Shown here in pieces: positions 1 to 52,965 of a stretch of DNA of 64,000 bases. A program made the position numbers and the translations under genes. Below the pieces are notes generated by a model. That model worked only from the letters and a program-made list of their open reading frames with translations, was not told the DNA's origin and searched no databases. Source of the stretch: Asterias rubens. Its lineage: Eukaryota. How positions within the stretch are numbered: the stretch's first letter is position 1; each line of letters starts with the position of its first letter. Where the stretch lies: NCBI RefSeq assembly GCF_902459465.1, contig NC_047072.1, positions 15,810,001 to 15,874,000 of the forward strand. Direction: 5' to 3'.

Positions 1-3000
1 GTCAAAACATTTTGATCCAGAATGCCCCACAGTTTAGAAACAAATCCAGGTATGGATTAATATTCTTCCTGTATACAGAAATAAGTTCCTTCACTTGTAA
101 TTTTATTTTCTGTGATGATGAAAAAATCGCCAGCTACACACCATGCTACAAACAGACCAGCACATTATACAAAAACTGACTATTTATATACTGCTAAATG
201 ACTGGTAACCACTCCACTATGGTTCAAGCTTGAAGAGTTAAATCAAAAGGTGGCATAAATTAGTTTAATAATAAACGTCAGTGGGTCCAGTTCAGACATG
301 TGTTTAGTCCTGGTCAATGAGTTACTTAAAGACCAACTCTTTAATCCAGTTGGCAGATGTGCAGAGAAAATCCATAGTCCCCTCTGGCCCGGCCGGTGTA
401 TATTTTATAAGCAGTGAAATTTAGTTTAAGACGTACAGTGAGTTTTTAGGCTTGAGAGGGTTTGGCTGAGATTAGACTCATTGTCATCTTGTAGGGTGGT
501 ATGCTGTTTATCAACACCCATGTTTTTTTTCATATCAGTTCAAATGAAAATATTTCAGTTAAAAAAAAAACCAGTAGTCTTGTAATCATTGACTAAAATA
601 AAATTTAAGGAAGAGATTTCTGAACCCTTTTTTTGTTGTTGATGTATTGACTGAAAACACCACGATAATTCTTGGTTGTCCCATTTTTGAAGTAGTCTCC
701 CTTTGAGTGCTTATTTTAGAAAACTTGTGCGCAGTTAACATTGGCAAAGGGACACCTTGCCTTTAAACTGTTTGATTTTAGTAAATACAAAGAGGGTAAG
801 TCAATTTATATACTCAAAAGAATTGAGCAAACATTCCAGTCTATCCAACATCATCCATAGATCAGTAGCAGATAATTCCCCAATTTTGCTTAAACGAAAT
901 TGTCCCTCGGCACATTACCAAGAAAAAAGGAACTCACTTCAAAACAGTATTTCCTCCCCCATAATTATAAAAAAAATTTAAAACATGCAAAACAACTCAT
1001 GGAATAAATGGCTATCCTTTGGATTGAAAGGTGATAAGAAAGCAGAGTCTTATTTTTGAGTGTTATTTCCGTACACCCCCGCAGAACCTAACCTACTTAC
1101 AGGATGTATTGAACTAAAGACTATAAATAGAATAGCATTGTCTGTCAACATTTTGTATGTCCTTCTTTAGTGGTAATGAGGCCTAACAACAAATTATTTG
1201 TGTTTCTTGTAACGTGCTATGAAAAACAGGGTCAGTAGGTACACATGTACATGTAGAAACAAAATATATTGATTTACAATTGGGTCTCAAAATCCATCAC
1301 TGCAATAACCGATCTTTCTGAAAGTTTGTATACATACTCGGCTCCTTGAGTACCTTGTTTGGTAGATATACGTTTATTTCAAAAGTATGATATCGATTTG
1401 CGCTAATATCCTTTGAAATGGTTGTTGTGTAGTTTTAAGACAGAACACAGCTTTTTTGTGGAACCAAATTGTTCACCATTTCTTTCGCTTGTTGTTTTTC
1501 AAGAGGCAAAATTATTCTTGTTCACTACTCACTAATTATAACACATTGTACATGTAGGTATTCTCTTAAAAAGGAAAAGGAGTAATTCCAAACAAGAAAA
1601 TGTTAGAAGAACTGAAGGCAATGTGCCTCATGATTTCTTACACGTTATGCAGTCAGATTTTATATCAAAAAAATAATAGCACAATAAATCAAATAATGAT
1701 AAATTATTTTCGACCGCCATTTCTTGAATGGTCCATTGGGTTACAGGAAACAAATATTTGTTTTTGATTGGCCTGAAAGATTGAACCGGAGTGACAGTAA
1801 TTTCTTCAATTTCATACAGAGATGAATGGATATGACATGGATACATCTATTCTAGTATGTGGTTAACAAGATGAAATATTAGGCAAATAGTTTTTTGGGT
1901 CCAATTTCATGTATTGCTCTTCAAAACAGTTTCTCCTAAGCCAAAACAAACAGGATACCAGTCATAAGATGGTGTATTTGATGTGGTACTTTTGCTGGTA
2001 ACCTTGTTCTGGTAACCACAATTTTGTTGTGTTTAGCAGTTATAGGAATTGGGCCTTTGTATAATACTTTAACTGCAGTTCTTTCAAACTGATTTAATAC
2101 AACTGTCCAATTGAATATTTGGTAAACATGTTTGTCGTTTGGAACGGGGAGCCAACGAAAGGTCAAAAAACAATTAAATTAATTTTGTATTGGTGAACTT
2201 GAACCTTGTGGTCAATGGGTGATTTATCTGTTTTCTCTGCTCGATCTCACATCCCCATATGGGTTTTATCTGGGATTTTTTTCACATACACATTGTTAAT
2301 GTCATGTATTTATTTATTTATTCAGGGTTTACAAGACAAATAAATCATACAGTCCATGCAAACGCCTTGGGATTGCCTGGAAGCGCATCAAATGATTTGA
2401 ATTATTACATGTATATAAATGATGAATGTTTATGAGTTTAATAGTGAGTGAGATGGAAGATGGAATGTTCCATTCAATGAGAGTATGTGGTGAAGCTGAG
2501 ATATATTGAAAAGGATGGGACGCAAATAGGCACAGTAAACAGTACCAAAATGTGCAATAGATGACAAAGGCTATGTAATGGCTTGATTCAAAACAAGTGC
2601 TGTACAAAAGTGTCAATAGCAATATAGTAATCATTTAAGAGTTTAAACCAAATCCCGCATATCAAAATTGTGTGTTTTTTTGTGTGAGAATGCAAAGATA
2701 TAGAGTAGTGTCAAATGTCATTAGAATCTAATGGCTTTTTGTTGCCATGGTTATTTTGCATTGAAAGTTAGAAAACCGCATTCCATAGCCGATCTAATTT
2801 AAAATTCAGGTTTATTAAATGCAAGCGTTTTTTTTTATATATATATCAAATGCACAGTCATTGCAGAGTGCACTTTCTGTGACTGAAGTAGACATGTGTA
2901 CCACCAGAATGAGATCCTAATTAAATGTATGTTTGCAGGTCTCAATGAAGAATGTGTTACATGTATGACCAGCATACATGTATATATGTAAGACCAGCAT

Positions 3001-4477
3001 ACATGTAAATGTAGGCTATTTGTAGCTCATTCAAACAAACAATTTATGTAATAAATTTATTAATTGACTTGTGTTACTGGTTGTAATTCAAGTGATGGTA
3101 ACTTGATGCAGATGCCAGCAATGGTTGTGATGTATGGCATTGTTTATGTTCAGCTGGGCTGATCATGTTGTGTAATGATTAGTTAACACACTGTACATTT
3201 TCAATTTGATGAGGTTTGGAAGGTTGTTGATTTGTTGTGACAGTGTTAACTGCAATTTGATGAGGTTTGGAGGTTTTTGTTTGTTTGTGACAGTGCTAAC
3301 TGCGTCAGCCTTGATACCAATATGACTTGGCGTCTAAAACTAAATAATTCTATGAGTTTCCTATTCATCCTCGTTGCTAATTGGATGTGTGATCAGATAA
3401 AACTAAGTTTGATAGATTTGCATTTTCTTTCATGATGACCGAAATATACAGACCTATTACTCATGCATTAGCAATGACTTAAATGTGCAGACACTGAACT
3501 GTGTGTACAGTTTCTTACCCTAAACCTCTTGTAATGTGATTCAACACCAAGCTGTCTAAATACGTAATCACGCTCTACTACTGGCAATACTTGGCCAACA
3601 GCAACCATCAGTAAATCTGACAATATAAAAAGTCACTACCAAAAGAAGATCGTATTTGAAGGTAAACCAATAACCCTGGATATAGAGTTACAAAACTGAC
3701 ATGTCGGTTTATCATCCAACAGAAAGCAACCTGTAACAATTCAATCAGGATATATTGGCATGGGGGGGGGGGGGGGGGGGGTTAGATTTGTTCATGTGAT
3801 CATGTTACAGAGTGGAGGATGGATCCAAGATCAATCCTAACAGGTTCCTGAATCCTACATGTATACTGCTGGTAAATGTTATTAACAGATTGTCTTGGTA
3901 CAAGGCTCAAAGCTTACCATTTGTACCATGCATCATGAGAGGAAAAGAAATGTATCAATCTTTAAGACAAGCCTAGAATTTCGTCTTTGAGAGGGCACTT
4001 CCATTTTAAAATCGATTGGAAACTTTATAAAGGGCATAAAGGCAAAGACCAGGGCAACACAGAAGCCACTGCCTCCTGGCCTTTAAAAATAGTTGCACTG
4101 GACAGAGATTTTAGAAGATAAAATATACATGTAGTGGTGGAAGGCTGTTGTTTAATTTGCATATTGATTGGTGGATGATCAGTGTTTGTCTCGTGTTTGT
4201 CTTCGTTTGATTAAGTTAAGAAATGACTGGCTTCAAAACATAAGGTCGTTGAAAGGACAGACAGTCTCAGGGAATAGGTGGGCAGGGGGTCTTTACTTTT
4301 CATATCAGGTGAGGTTTTTTTCCCCAAAGAGTGTTTGCTTGAGTCTCAATTTTGGTTTAGATTATTGGAAATTCTAGATTTCATTAATTTGAACCGAATC
4401 TGTGATTATGGAAACAAATAGTTAATTGAGTAAATTGATTGCGGTATGTTAAAGCATTCTTGTGTCTTTGCGGATTG

Positions 4478-4700
4478 TTCTAGAGCACTGGACTCAAGTT
4501 CTTGTGTTTCTGATCAACAGAGTGTGGGTTTGAGTCCCGGTCTTAACACTAAGCAAGGCACTTAAACCATTATTGCTTCGTCATTTGGATGTTACTTGCT
4601 GTAAGACCCGTTATCTCCAAGAGAAGGGTGTTTGTGGCATTGGCTGTTGGAATATGAGGAAGCACCTTGTAAACCCTTATAATTAACTGGACTTCAATAC
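4478..4700 (+). mobile_element. tRNA-derived SINE (degenerate)
   Basis: ggactcaag...gggtttgagtcccggt...aagcaaggcactta; same family as 30817 and 42358. Confidence 0.7.
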
Positions 4701-4989
4701 TTCTCTTGTGTCCCACTTGGTGCCTTTTTATTACCCTTTGGCTTAAATTTTCGCTCGCTGTGAGAATAAAATAATTGTTTTGTGTTATATTGACATTTTG
4801 GATACATGATGGATTCATGAAACATTTTTATGAGAGTTCTGTATTCTTATCAGTTTGTAAGGTGCGTAACATTTGCTTCAATTATGGAGTTGAATATTGA
4901 GCACCTCACTCAAGGCAAACCACAGTCCTGTGAATGAAATGAACTATTTTCAGAATCTTACTGGCTTTTTTATTCTGTGTTTACTTCAG

Positions 4990-45383
<40,394 letters not shown>

Positions 45384-46223
45384 TGATCAATGGTGTCATC
45401 TCTTTTTGACACTAGAGGGCGCGCTCTTTAGGATGATACATAGAACTAGAGAACTCAGTTGTCTGTATGGTCATCACTAGCGTGTGACATACCTGATTGA
45501 TAAAACAAGCAAAGGTTAAGGGGATGTTTGGTCGATCTTGTTCCAAATGCTCTCATGTTCTTAATCATACCTAAGATGATGAAAGGGGAAAGAGTACTGA
45601 CTAATAATTTTCTTTTCAGTTCAAAAGCATTACATTTTTGAAACTAAACAAACTTTGTTTCTGGTTTGAACTCTACAGACAAATTGTGCCAATACCATTT
45701 TGCAAGTCATAGGACCTGACAGTTTCATTCTTGCTATGAGCCGATCATTACGCAATAAAACCGTTGCAAACTGCAAACAAATTGAATGGCCTCACGTTTT
45801 GACCCTTGTAGAGGCTGAAAGGCTAAAAGTTTGCTTTATAAATGTCTTCCCTTTTACAAGACATGTGAACTGGTGAAGTAACCACTAAGCATCTCCTAAA
45901 TCTTGCATTGTCAACTTCTGTATTATTGGATGCAGTGAAACTGATATTGAAAAGGATGAATTTGTGTTGAGTTTTCTACCGTTTCAGCCTCAAGATGGAT
46001 GGTGTAAGAGCGCCCTCTAGTGTTGAACTTACGAGCGATTATTGGCATTAATTAACAAGAAGGATTATTCCATTAGTTGTTATTTCTGAATCACATGAGT
46101 GAAGTACTCAGGTATATATGGTTACTGAGAAAGAACTCAAAAATTGAGTGGAAAGTTGTTTTGCAGGAAATGTCAGTTACCAATGATTTACATTTTGAAT
46201 GGTTGTCTGATGTCATTGTTTAA

Positions 46224-46582
46224 AGGAACACGTTGCCTTGGATCGGTCGAGTTGGTCTTTGGAAAGCGTTTGTAACCGTTTGTTATAAAATGCATATGAT
46301 TAGAAAGATATTTTAAAAGTATAATATAATGATCCACACAAGTATCACTCAAAATTGTGTGGCAAGTCCTTTTATCTCGTCGACAAACATGGTCGGCCAT
46401 TATTTTATAAATGGCCGACCGTGTTAGTTCGCAAAGTAAAAGGAAAACCACGCAAGTTTGAGGCAAATGTGGATCATTGTATTCTACTTTTAAAACATCT
46501 TTCTAACCATATGCATTTTATAACAAACGGTTACAAACGCTTTTTAAAGACCAACTCGACTGATCCAAGGCAAAGTATTCCT
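46224..46582. mobile_element. TTAA-flanked near-palindromic MITE (Kolobok-like)
   Basis: TTAA|aggaacacgttgccttggatc ... gatccaaggcaaagtattcct|TTAA; same family as 62237-62629. Confidence 0.88.
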
Positions 46583-47534
46583 TTAAGCTAAGCAAACTTA
46601 TTTTTAGCTAAGCATGATTGATGACTTTAATCTGTCTGAGATAGAAGATGAGCCATTGCAAGTCAACATGGCGGTTTCTGAATAAGCTATGTGCAAGATA
46701 CATTGGAACAACATTTGGTACAATGACTTGCTAAGTCATAAGTTACCGCTTAAATTTGAATACAGCAGACTAGAGACAGTCACATGGTTCAGGGCAAGCT
46801 TTTGCATAGTTACATAAGAGATGGCAAATGCCCAGACCTGTGAATCAGAATGGTACCGGGGTTTGCTCATCTGGAGGTTGCTATACAAAGGCTTGCCCTG
46901 AACCATATGACGTAGACACACTGTATTTAGTTTGTTGAATCCAACTTGAGTGTTGGCTTGTGACCAATCAAGTCATGGTACCAGACTAGCATTTGGTTTG
47001 TTAGAAGCTGTGCCTGTTGCTAAGGGCAAGCTATGCCTCAGCGAATACTAAGTTGGTTCTTAAACTGTTGCTAGATCCTCTTGGGCAGAAATGGGCCAAG
47101 ATGTAGTACAACCTTCTCTGTGATTGTCAAGTAAATGTAAACCTTGTACATTTATAAGTTGCCGTTTATTTTACTGTTAAATGTTAGCACAGTAGAATCT
47201 AGTCAAGTTATCAAAGACTTATTTTTGTATTATGATTATAAAATAATTAAACAATTGACGTCTAAGCCAGAGGAATATGGCTTCAGACAGTTTGGACAAA
47301 GTTTTGAATACAAAAAAAATCATGTCATGTACATTTTTTCTACAGGTGCAAGTCAACAACAAAACTTGAATAATCTAATAATATTAACTAACTACATTTG
47401 TAGCCATATGTATATATCATTTTTTCTTTCTACAATTTCTATTCAATTTTTTTCTCTCAAATAAATTTATGAAATTAGATGAATATTAGAGTTGGGACTG
47501 AGGTGAGGGTGTCATTTAGGATGACTGTAGTGGT

Positions 47535-47770
47535 AGGTAGAGGTTGTTTTGTTTTGGGTGGTTCCCGGCCCATGACTATAGTGATAAGTAGAGTTTGTTT
47601 TGGGTGGTTCCCGGCCCATGACTATAGTGATAAGTAGAGGTTGTTTTGGGTGGTTCCCGGCCCATGACTATAGTGATAAGTAGAGGTCGTTTTGTTTTGG
47701 GTGGTTCCCGGCCCCTGACTATAGTGATTTATAGAAGAGTTTTTTGTTGTTGTTTTGGGTGGTTCTCTGC
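47535..47770 (+). repeat. Approximately 46-bp tandem repeat, about 4 copies
   Basis: gttttgggtggttcccggcccatgactatagtgataagtagag. Confidence 0.9.
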
Positions 47771-48237
47771 CCAGACGCTAACCTGGTTTGATACAAATTT
47801 GATTATTGTGTATTTTAGTTTGTTCTCTAGCCTTATTAGTTACTATCGTCAAAACATCCTCAATAGTGATATTGTATCAAACCCTTTTTACATGGGGGTG
47901 GGGATGCTAATAATCCTGACTCATTTGCGACAATGATAAAATAACTTCCCCAGTTGGGGTGTTGTGTTTCCCTGACTGGTACTCTCACCACCCAATCTGG
48001 GTTCTAATAGTCACTACTAATGGACGATTATCCCTGATTGGAACGCATGTTCCCAGTTGGGATATAAATGCTCCCCAATTGGGAACCATCGAGTGATATT
48101 GACACTCCTGTTGCTTGATATGTCACTTCTATGTACTGATAAAGGCCATGTGATTATCATGTGACAATTATCACATGATGATCATGTGATGTACAATAAG
48201 ATGAGACAATGCATGGTGGGAAATAAGTAAGTAAGGT

Positions 48238-48399
48238 TTGTGGCGACACCATGTAAGAAATGTCTTTTGTTTAGAACATTGTGCTCTGACCGTCTCCAGA
48301 AGAGAGTCGGAGCACACTGATTAAAACGTCGAGCAGAAAACGGCTCTTGTCAGAACCATAACTACTCACAAAAGACGTTTTTGCATGGTGTCACCACAA
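48238..48399. mobile_element. Short element bounded by inverted repeats
   Basis: ttgtggcgacaccatg / catggtgtcaccacaa (15 of 16 match). Confidence 0.6.
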
Positions 48400-50505
48400 C
48401 AAAATATTATGTTATGCTCTGTAACACAGACATCCGGTACTACTTCAGAAATTAAAAAATATATATAGAAAATATAAATATTTAGTTGAATTTGTTTCCA
48501 AGGACAGTTAACACTGTTTATCTTACATGTAACACCCTTAAAACAGATTTTAACATTTGTTATTTTCTACATGAATAATAATAATAATAATTATACAATT
48601 ATATTAGAAGTTTAATAAAACTCTTCTTTACATTCACATGTCAAAACGAAAAGAAGAGTGGGGGGGGGGGGAGAACACATGGAGTTATCTTAAAGTTGGG
48701 GTTTTATTTAACAAAAATATTTTGGGGATCTGTTTGTAGATTTTGATGAAACAGAAAGTAGAGTCAAGGAGATGTCATTCATGCAGGCACACATGGTGTT
48801 TACCGACCAAAATCCGGCAAGGTTTCCATACAAAGGTTGTTTACCAGCCAAAATACCATATAACTTTTTACTTTTGTCTGACTGGTTCCCTGTGAAGTTT
48901 CCCCCCGCAGAAAAGAAAATTTGGATAACGTCTTCTTGAAGATTTGTGGTCGTTGTCACAAACGGATCAAATTACATTAATTGGATTCTTATTCATTACC
49001 TGTCACCCCCATTGGCAGAATATGTAGTTATAAAACAACTGTAGTTATTCTTCATAACTGGTTGCCTTGTACAAATCAAGATATTAATTTGGAACTGGCC
49101 AATCTTTCATGGTCAATCCTTTTGTCAACTACTTAGTGTAGAAAGAGAAGTAAAGAATTATATAGAAAAACTTTTAAAAATATCTAACAACCTTTATGTG
49201 GTTTTATTAACCAGCTTTTGATAAAAATATCTCCAAGGTAAACATGGTAAAGAAGATATATGAATTAAGCATATTTACAAAGTCTTCGTTTTACAATATG
49301 TTCTTAGAGGAGAATTATTTAATTTACGCTTCTTCCAATATTACAAAAAAAGTATATATTTGTCTTTGTTTAAAATTGGTTTGTGAACTCTTTAAGCCCT
49401 CTTTTGCCTTTTGTTTGTTTGTGTTTTACTAAAATATCCTTAGAAAGGATGGTTTTGTTTTATGTTGTTAGTTTATGGTCTAAACAGACTGGATTGAGAT
49501 TAGAGTTGGGTCCAAGCTAATTTGAGCTTATTTGTTTAATATAATGTGAAGTACAATGACTCTCTAAGTCACATGTGACTGCTTAAGTTTGAATTCCTCA
49601 GACTACAGACAGTTGCAATGCAATATCCATTTGAATGTTGTTAGAGATGGTGAACACATTCTGAATGATAGCAGGTTTTGCCCATCTGGAGGTTGCTATA
49701 CAAAAGCTAACACTGAACAATGTGACAAAGAAACAATTAATTTCAGTCTGAGGAATTATCTTAGTATCGGGAGAGAAACCAATCTATATAAAATATTCTT
49801 TGACTGTGTGAAACAAACAATTAAAAAACAACAAATAAATAAATAAACAAATATATAAGGGTAAGCTCATGTGAAATGTGTGTTTTTAAGAAATGTAATC
49901 ATTTTCAAAATTTCAAGTTTGACTCTCTTCTCTCTGTGGAAAAACCCAATATTGATAAATCAAATAGCAACACCTCGGTCAAGTACAGGAAACTGCGTAC
50001 CAATATATTGTGTAGAACTGTTCATATTTAATGCTTGTAAACAATACTTTGATATCCAAAGCTTACTGCAAGACATGATCCCCACTAAAGTAAAGTTGAA
50101 CAATGTTAAACAAATCCATGTGTTTTACAGTGAAAACACATCCAAGGTTTCGAACTATTTTCTCATGAGTGTGGTGAGGGATTGAGCTTAACACACACAG
50201 GTTTTCTTTTTTATAAAAGTGTGCCCACTACTCCTTGAGAATTATCAATGCCTACGCCTGCTTTAAAATTATTGGGGTTTACACTTTTTGTGGAGTAAAA
50301 ACATTTTTTCCCTCTTTTGGGTGTTGGAATTTCAATCTGGCATTTTGTACAAAGAAAATGGATGAAGTTATGAGTTTGTGTTTTTCTATGTTGATTTTGA
50401 AAGATCCTAGTTTGAGTTTTTATGGATGAATAAACATTGTGTAACATGAACTCGGTAGCAATTCAGTGGGACACTTTGAAACACTAGATGGCACCTATGT
50501 CCCTG

Positions 50506-50657
50506 AATAGACTTTATGAACATATCGCTAAGAAGGGCGCCCTCACCTACATATTAAAATGAGGCTGTTCATTGGCCAATCTGTGCGTTTCCATTGTTTT
50601 CATCATCAGTTTACCTCTAAGATAGTGGCAGGATGACGTCAAAACATAAGGTCTTTT
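50506..50657. mobile_element. Approximately 155-bp MITE-like repeat, related to 53563-53720
   Basis: Shared core gttcattggccaatct..gtgcgttt..ggatgacgtcaa..taaggtct. Confidence 0.6.
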
Positions 50658-51208
50658 GTATCAGATATTAGATGACTTGTTTGTTTTCATCCCCCAAAAA
50701 GTAATTTAGTTTGTTGATAAATAAGAGACTAAACATTCATGCCGTATCCGATTAGCAGCTATGGCTATGGGACTACAACTGTTGCTAAGGACGTCTTATA
50801 AGGATGTCTCACACCATATAGCTGTGTAGCTGGCAATTTGGACATTCAAACATTGAAACAATCAAGCAAGACATGTGTATCTTTACTGAATCACACGACC
50901 AGCCTCTCATCCACCTTACCCCCCCCCCCCCCCGTAACCTTTAACCTTGATACAATTTGAATAAAGTTATGTAAAGCATGAGTGGATGCAATGCCCCTTG
51001 CACTTCCTTGGCTGTTTCTATCTTCCCCGTAATCCCCATAATCTTTACCTATTTGTGTCAAGATCCTTTTCTTATGATGTCACAAACTCAAACAGAGCAC
51101 TCACTGCAGTTAAAAAAAGGCACATGATTGGCTGAATGTTTTGTTATGTGATTACCTATAGCTCCCTTAGTTCACACTAACTATGGCTGCAAATATTGTG
51201 TATACTTT

Positions 51209-51430
51209 GGCGTTGTGGCGATGTGCTTTGTTCACCAGACCAGTGTTCTGATGGCTGATTCTCAAGGGTTTGGTTTGAATCCTGGTCATGACACTCGTGT
51301 CCTTGAGCAAGATATTGTTGTCATAGCTTGTCATCACTCATGAATAAATGGGTACTGTGGGTTGATATTGTAATTGGTCATGTTCACTAAATGGCTGACA
51401 GGGCTGTATACTCTTAAGGAGTTGAGATAT
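51209..51430 (+). mobile_element. tRNA-derived SINE (degenerate)
   Basis: ggtttgaatcctggtcatgacactcgtgtccttgagcaaga. Confidence 0.62.
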
Positions 51431-52770
51431 AGGTTTACCAGAAATGACTTTGTGTTTATAAACCAACACTTTAATACGAGAAACACTTTTCAAATTGCTA
51501 GTCATTGGTTGACATTACAAAAAAAATCTTGAATACTTTGTAGTTAGATAACTCTCCATGGTGAGCTGGGAAGTGATTTATATATAAATGCAAAATCAGA
51601 ATGTGCTCGTTGTTATTGTGATGTGATCTCACTCAAAAATAAAGTGACAATTGCATCCTACACAAAATGTTGCCTTTGATAACATAATATTTATGTACAT
51701 GTACACATTTATTGACATCAATAAGAATCATATGATAATATGTTATATTTTACAATAGCACTTAAAGACGTGCAGCTGATTAGCACAACTGGGTTTTGTA
51801 TGTGGCAAGGACCACCCTTCTGCAAAGTGTCTAGTGTTTTTGTAATTTGTGCTACAATATTTGCACTTAATCTTGTGTATTACATCACAAGTTCATAAGG
51901 TTGTATCTCACCATAAATACTGAATCAACCAGGAGAGCCTATTCATGTTTGGAGGCCTCAAAATGTTGTGAATTACAGATTTGAGTGTCAATATTTTCAG
52001 GGATTACATGTATTGATAAACGATCCAAAATTCCATGTATACTTGCAGTAATCTATAGAACATGTTTTGGGGTTAGTAAACCTTTTCAGTCCGACAGCCA
52101 TCTTCATTTTAATTCTGTGTAATGAAACCGAGGCTGAGAAATAGTCTGCTCCCTTGGTGTTGTCATGTGAAGTCATATTCATCTATTTTTGTAGGATACA
52201 GGGAACATGCCAACAATACCCACTTCATTTAAAACTAACGAATTTCTTTACAATTTGGAGTTTTCATTCCCTCAAAAATAATTTCTTTCTCAGAGAATAG
52301 TATCCAATGCATCAGTGGAATTCTTAGGAAAGGCAAATAATATCCATACAAATTGAGAAAATATAAGTCTATTTGATAAATGATGTAATTATAATAAAAT
52401 ATCTTGGGGTAAGCTGTACTCTAATTTGATATTTGTATCTATCTATAAATTTCTGTCAATAAATAACAATACATCAAACGGTCTTCGTATCTTGGTGTCT
52501 TATGTTATTGAATTCCTGATCGGTACAAACCAATAAAGAAGTGTTGTTACTTTTGGTGCTTATTTATATTAAGCATGCACCAGCCCCCCTCCCATTGCGC
52601 CTTCTCTGTGTCCTGGGAATCTTGGCAATTCTTCGTAGGATTTGTTTATTCATTTTTTTTTTTTTTTGGGGGGGGGGGGGGTTCAAGCAAGACTGGTTCC
52701 CCAACTATAGTTGGGACATGACAGTTGTGATGAAGATGGGACACAGAACAAAACCATGATTGCCAAATGT

Positions 52771-52965
52771 CTATTTGTCTTTAGCCACTAGTAGATTCTT
52801 CCAGCGTCGTAGAAACACTGGTATCCTGTCTTTCCCTGTTTTATCGGCTGAGATTTCCTTGATGTGAATCCGCATTACAGACATCTCATTCCTAGCCTCT
52901 CCCTCCCCAGCCTGTGAGGGCGTGCTTCGCTCTAAGATCAAATCCAAGATGTCACCTTCTTTTAC
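52771..52965 (-). CDS. MTRES1: MTRES1-like exon 3 (VKEGDILDL...RRWKNLLVAKDK*)
   Basis: tttacag|GTA...TAG on the minus strand. Confidence 0.9.
   Translation of the reverse strand, partial: VKEGDILDLILERSTPSQAGEGEARNEMSVMRIHIKEISADKTGKDRIPVFLRRWKNLLVAKDK

Noticed and set aside
1-4989. RSK 5' exons (GxGSFGK Gly-rich loop)
   Set aside because: I found no matching exon by eye; they presumably lie upstream of the window.
45384-52500. RSK 3'UTR end and cytoplasmic polyadenylation elements
   Set aside because: AATAAA and TTTTAT occur many times in AT-rich sequence, so no specific site can be chosen without 3'-end data.
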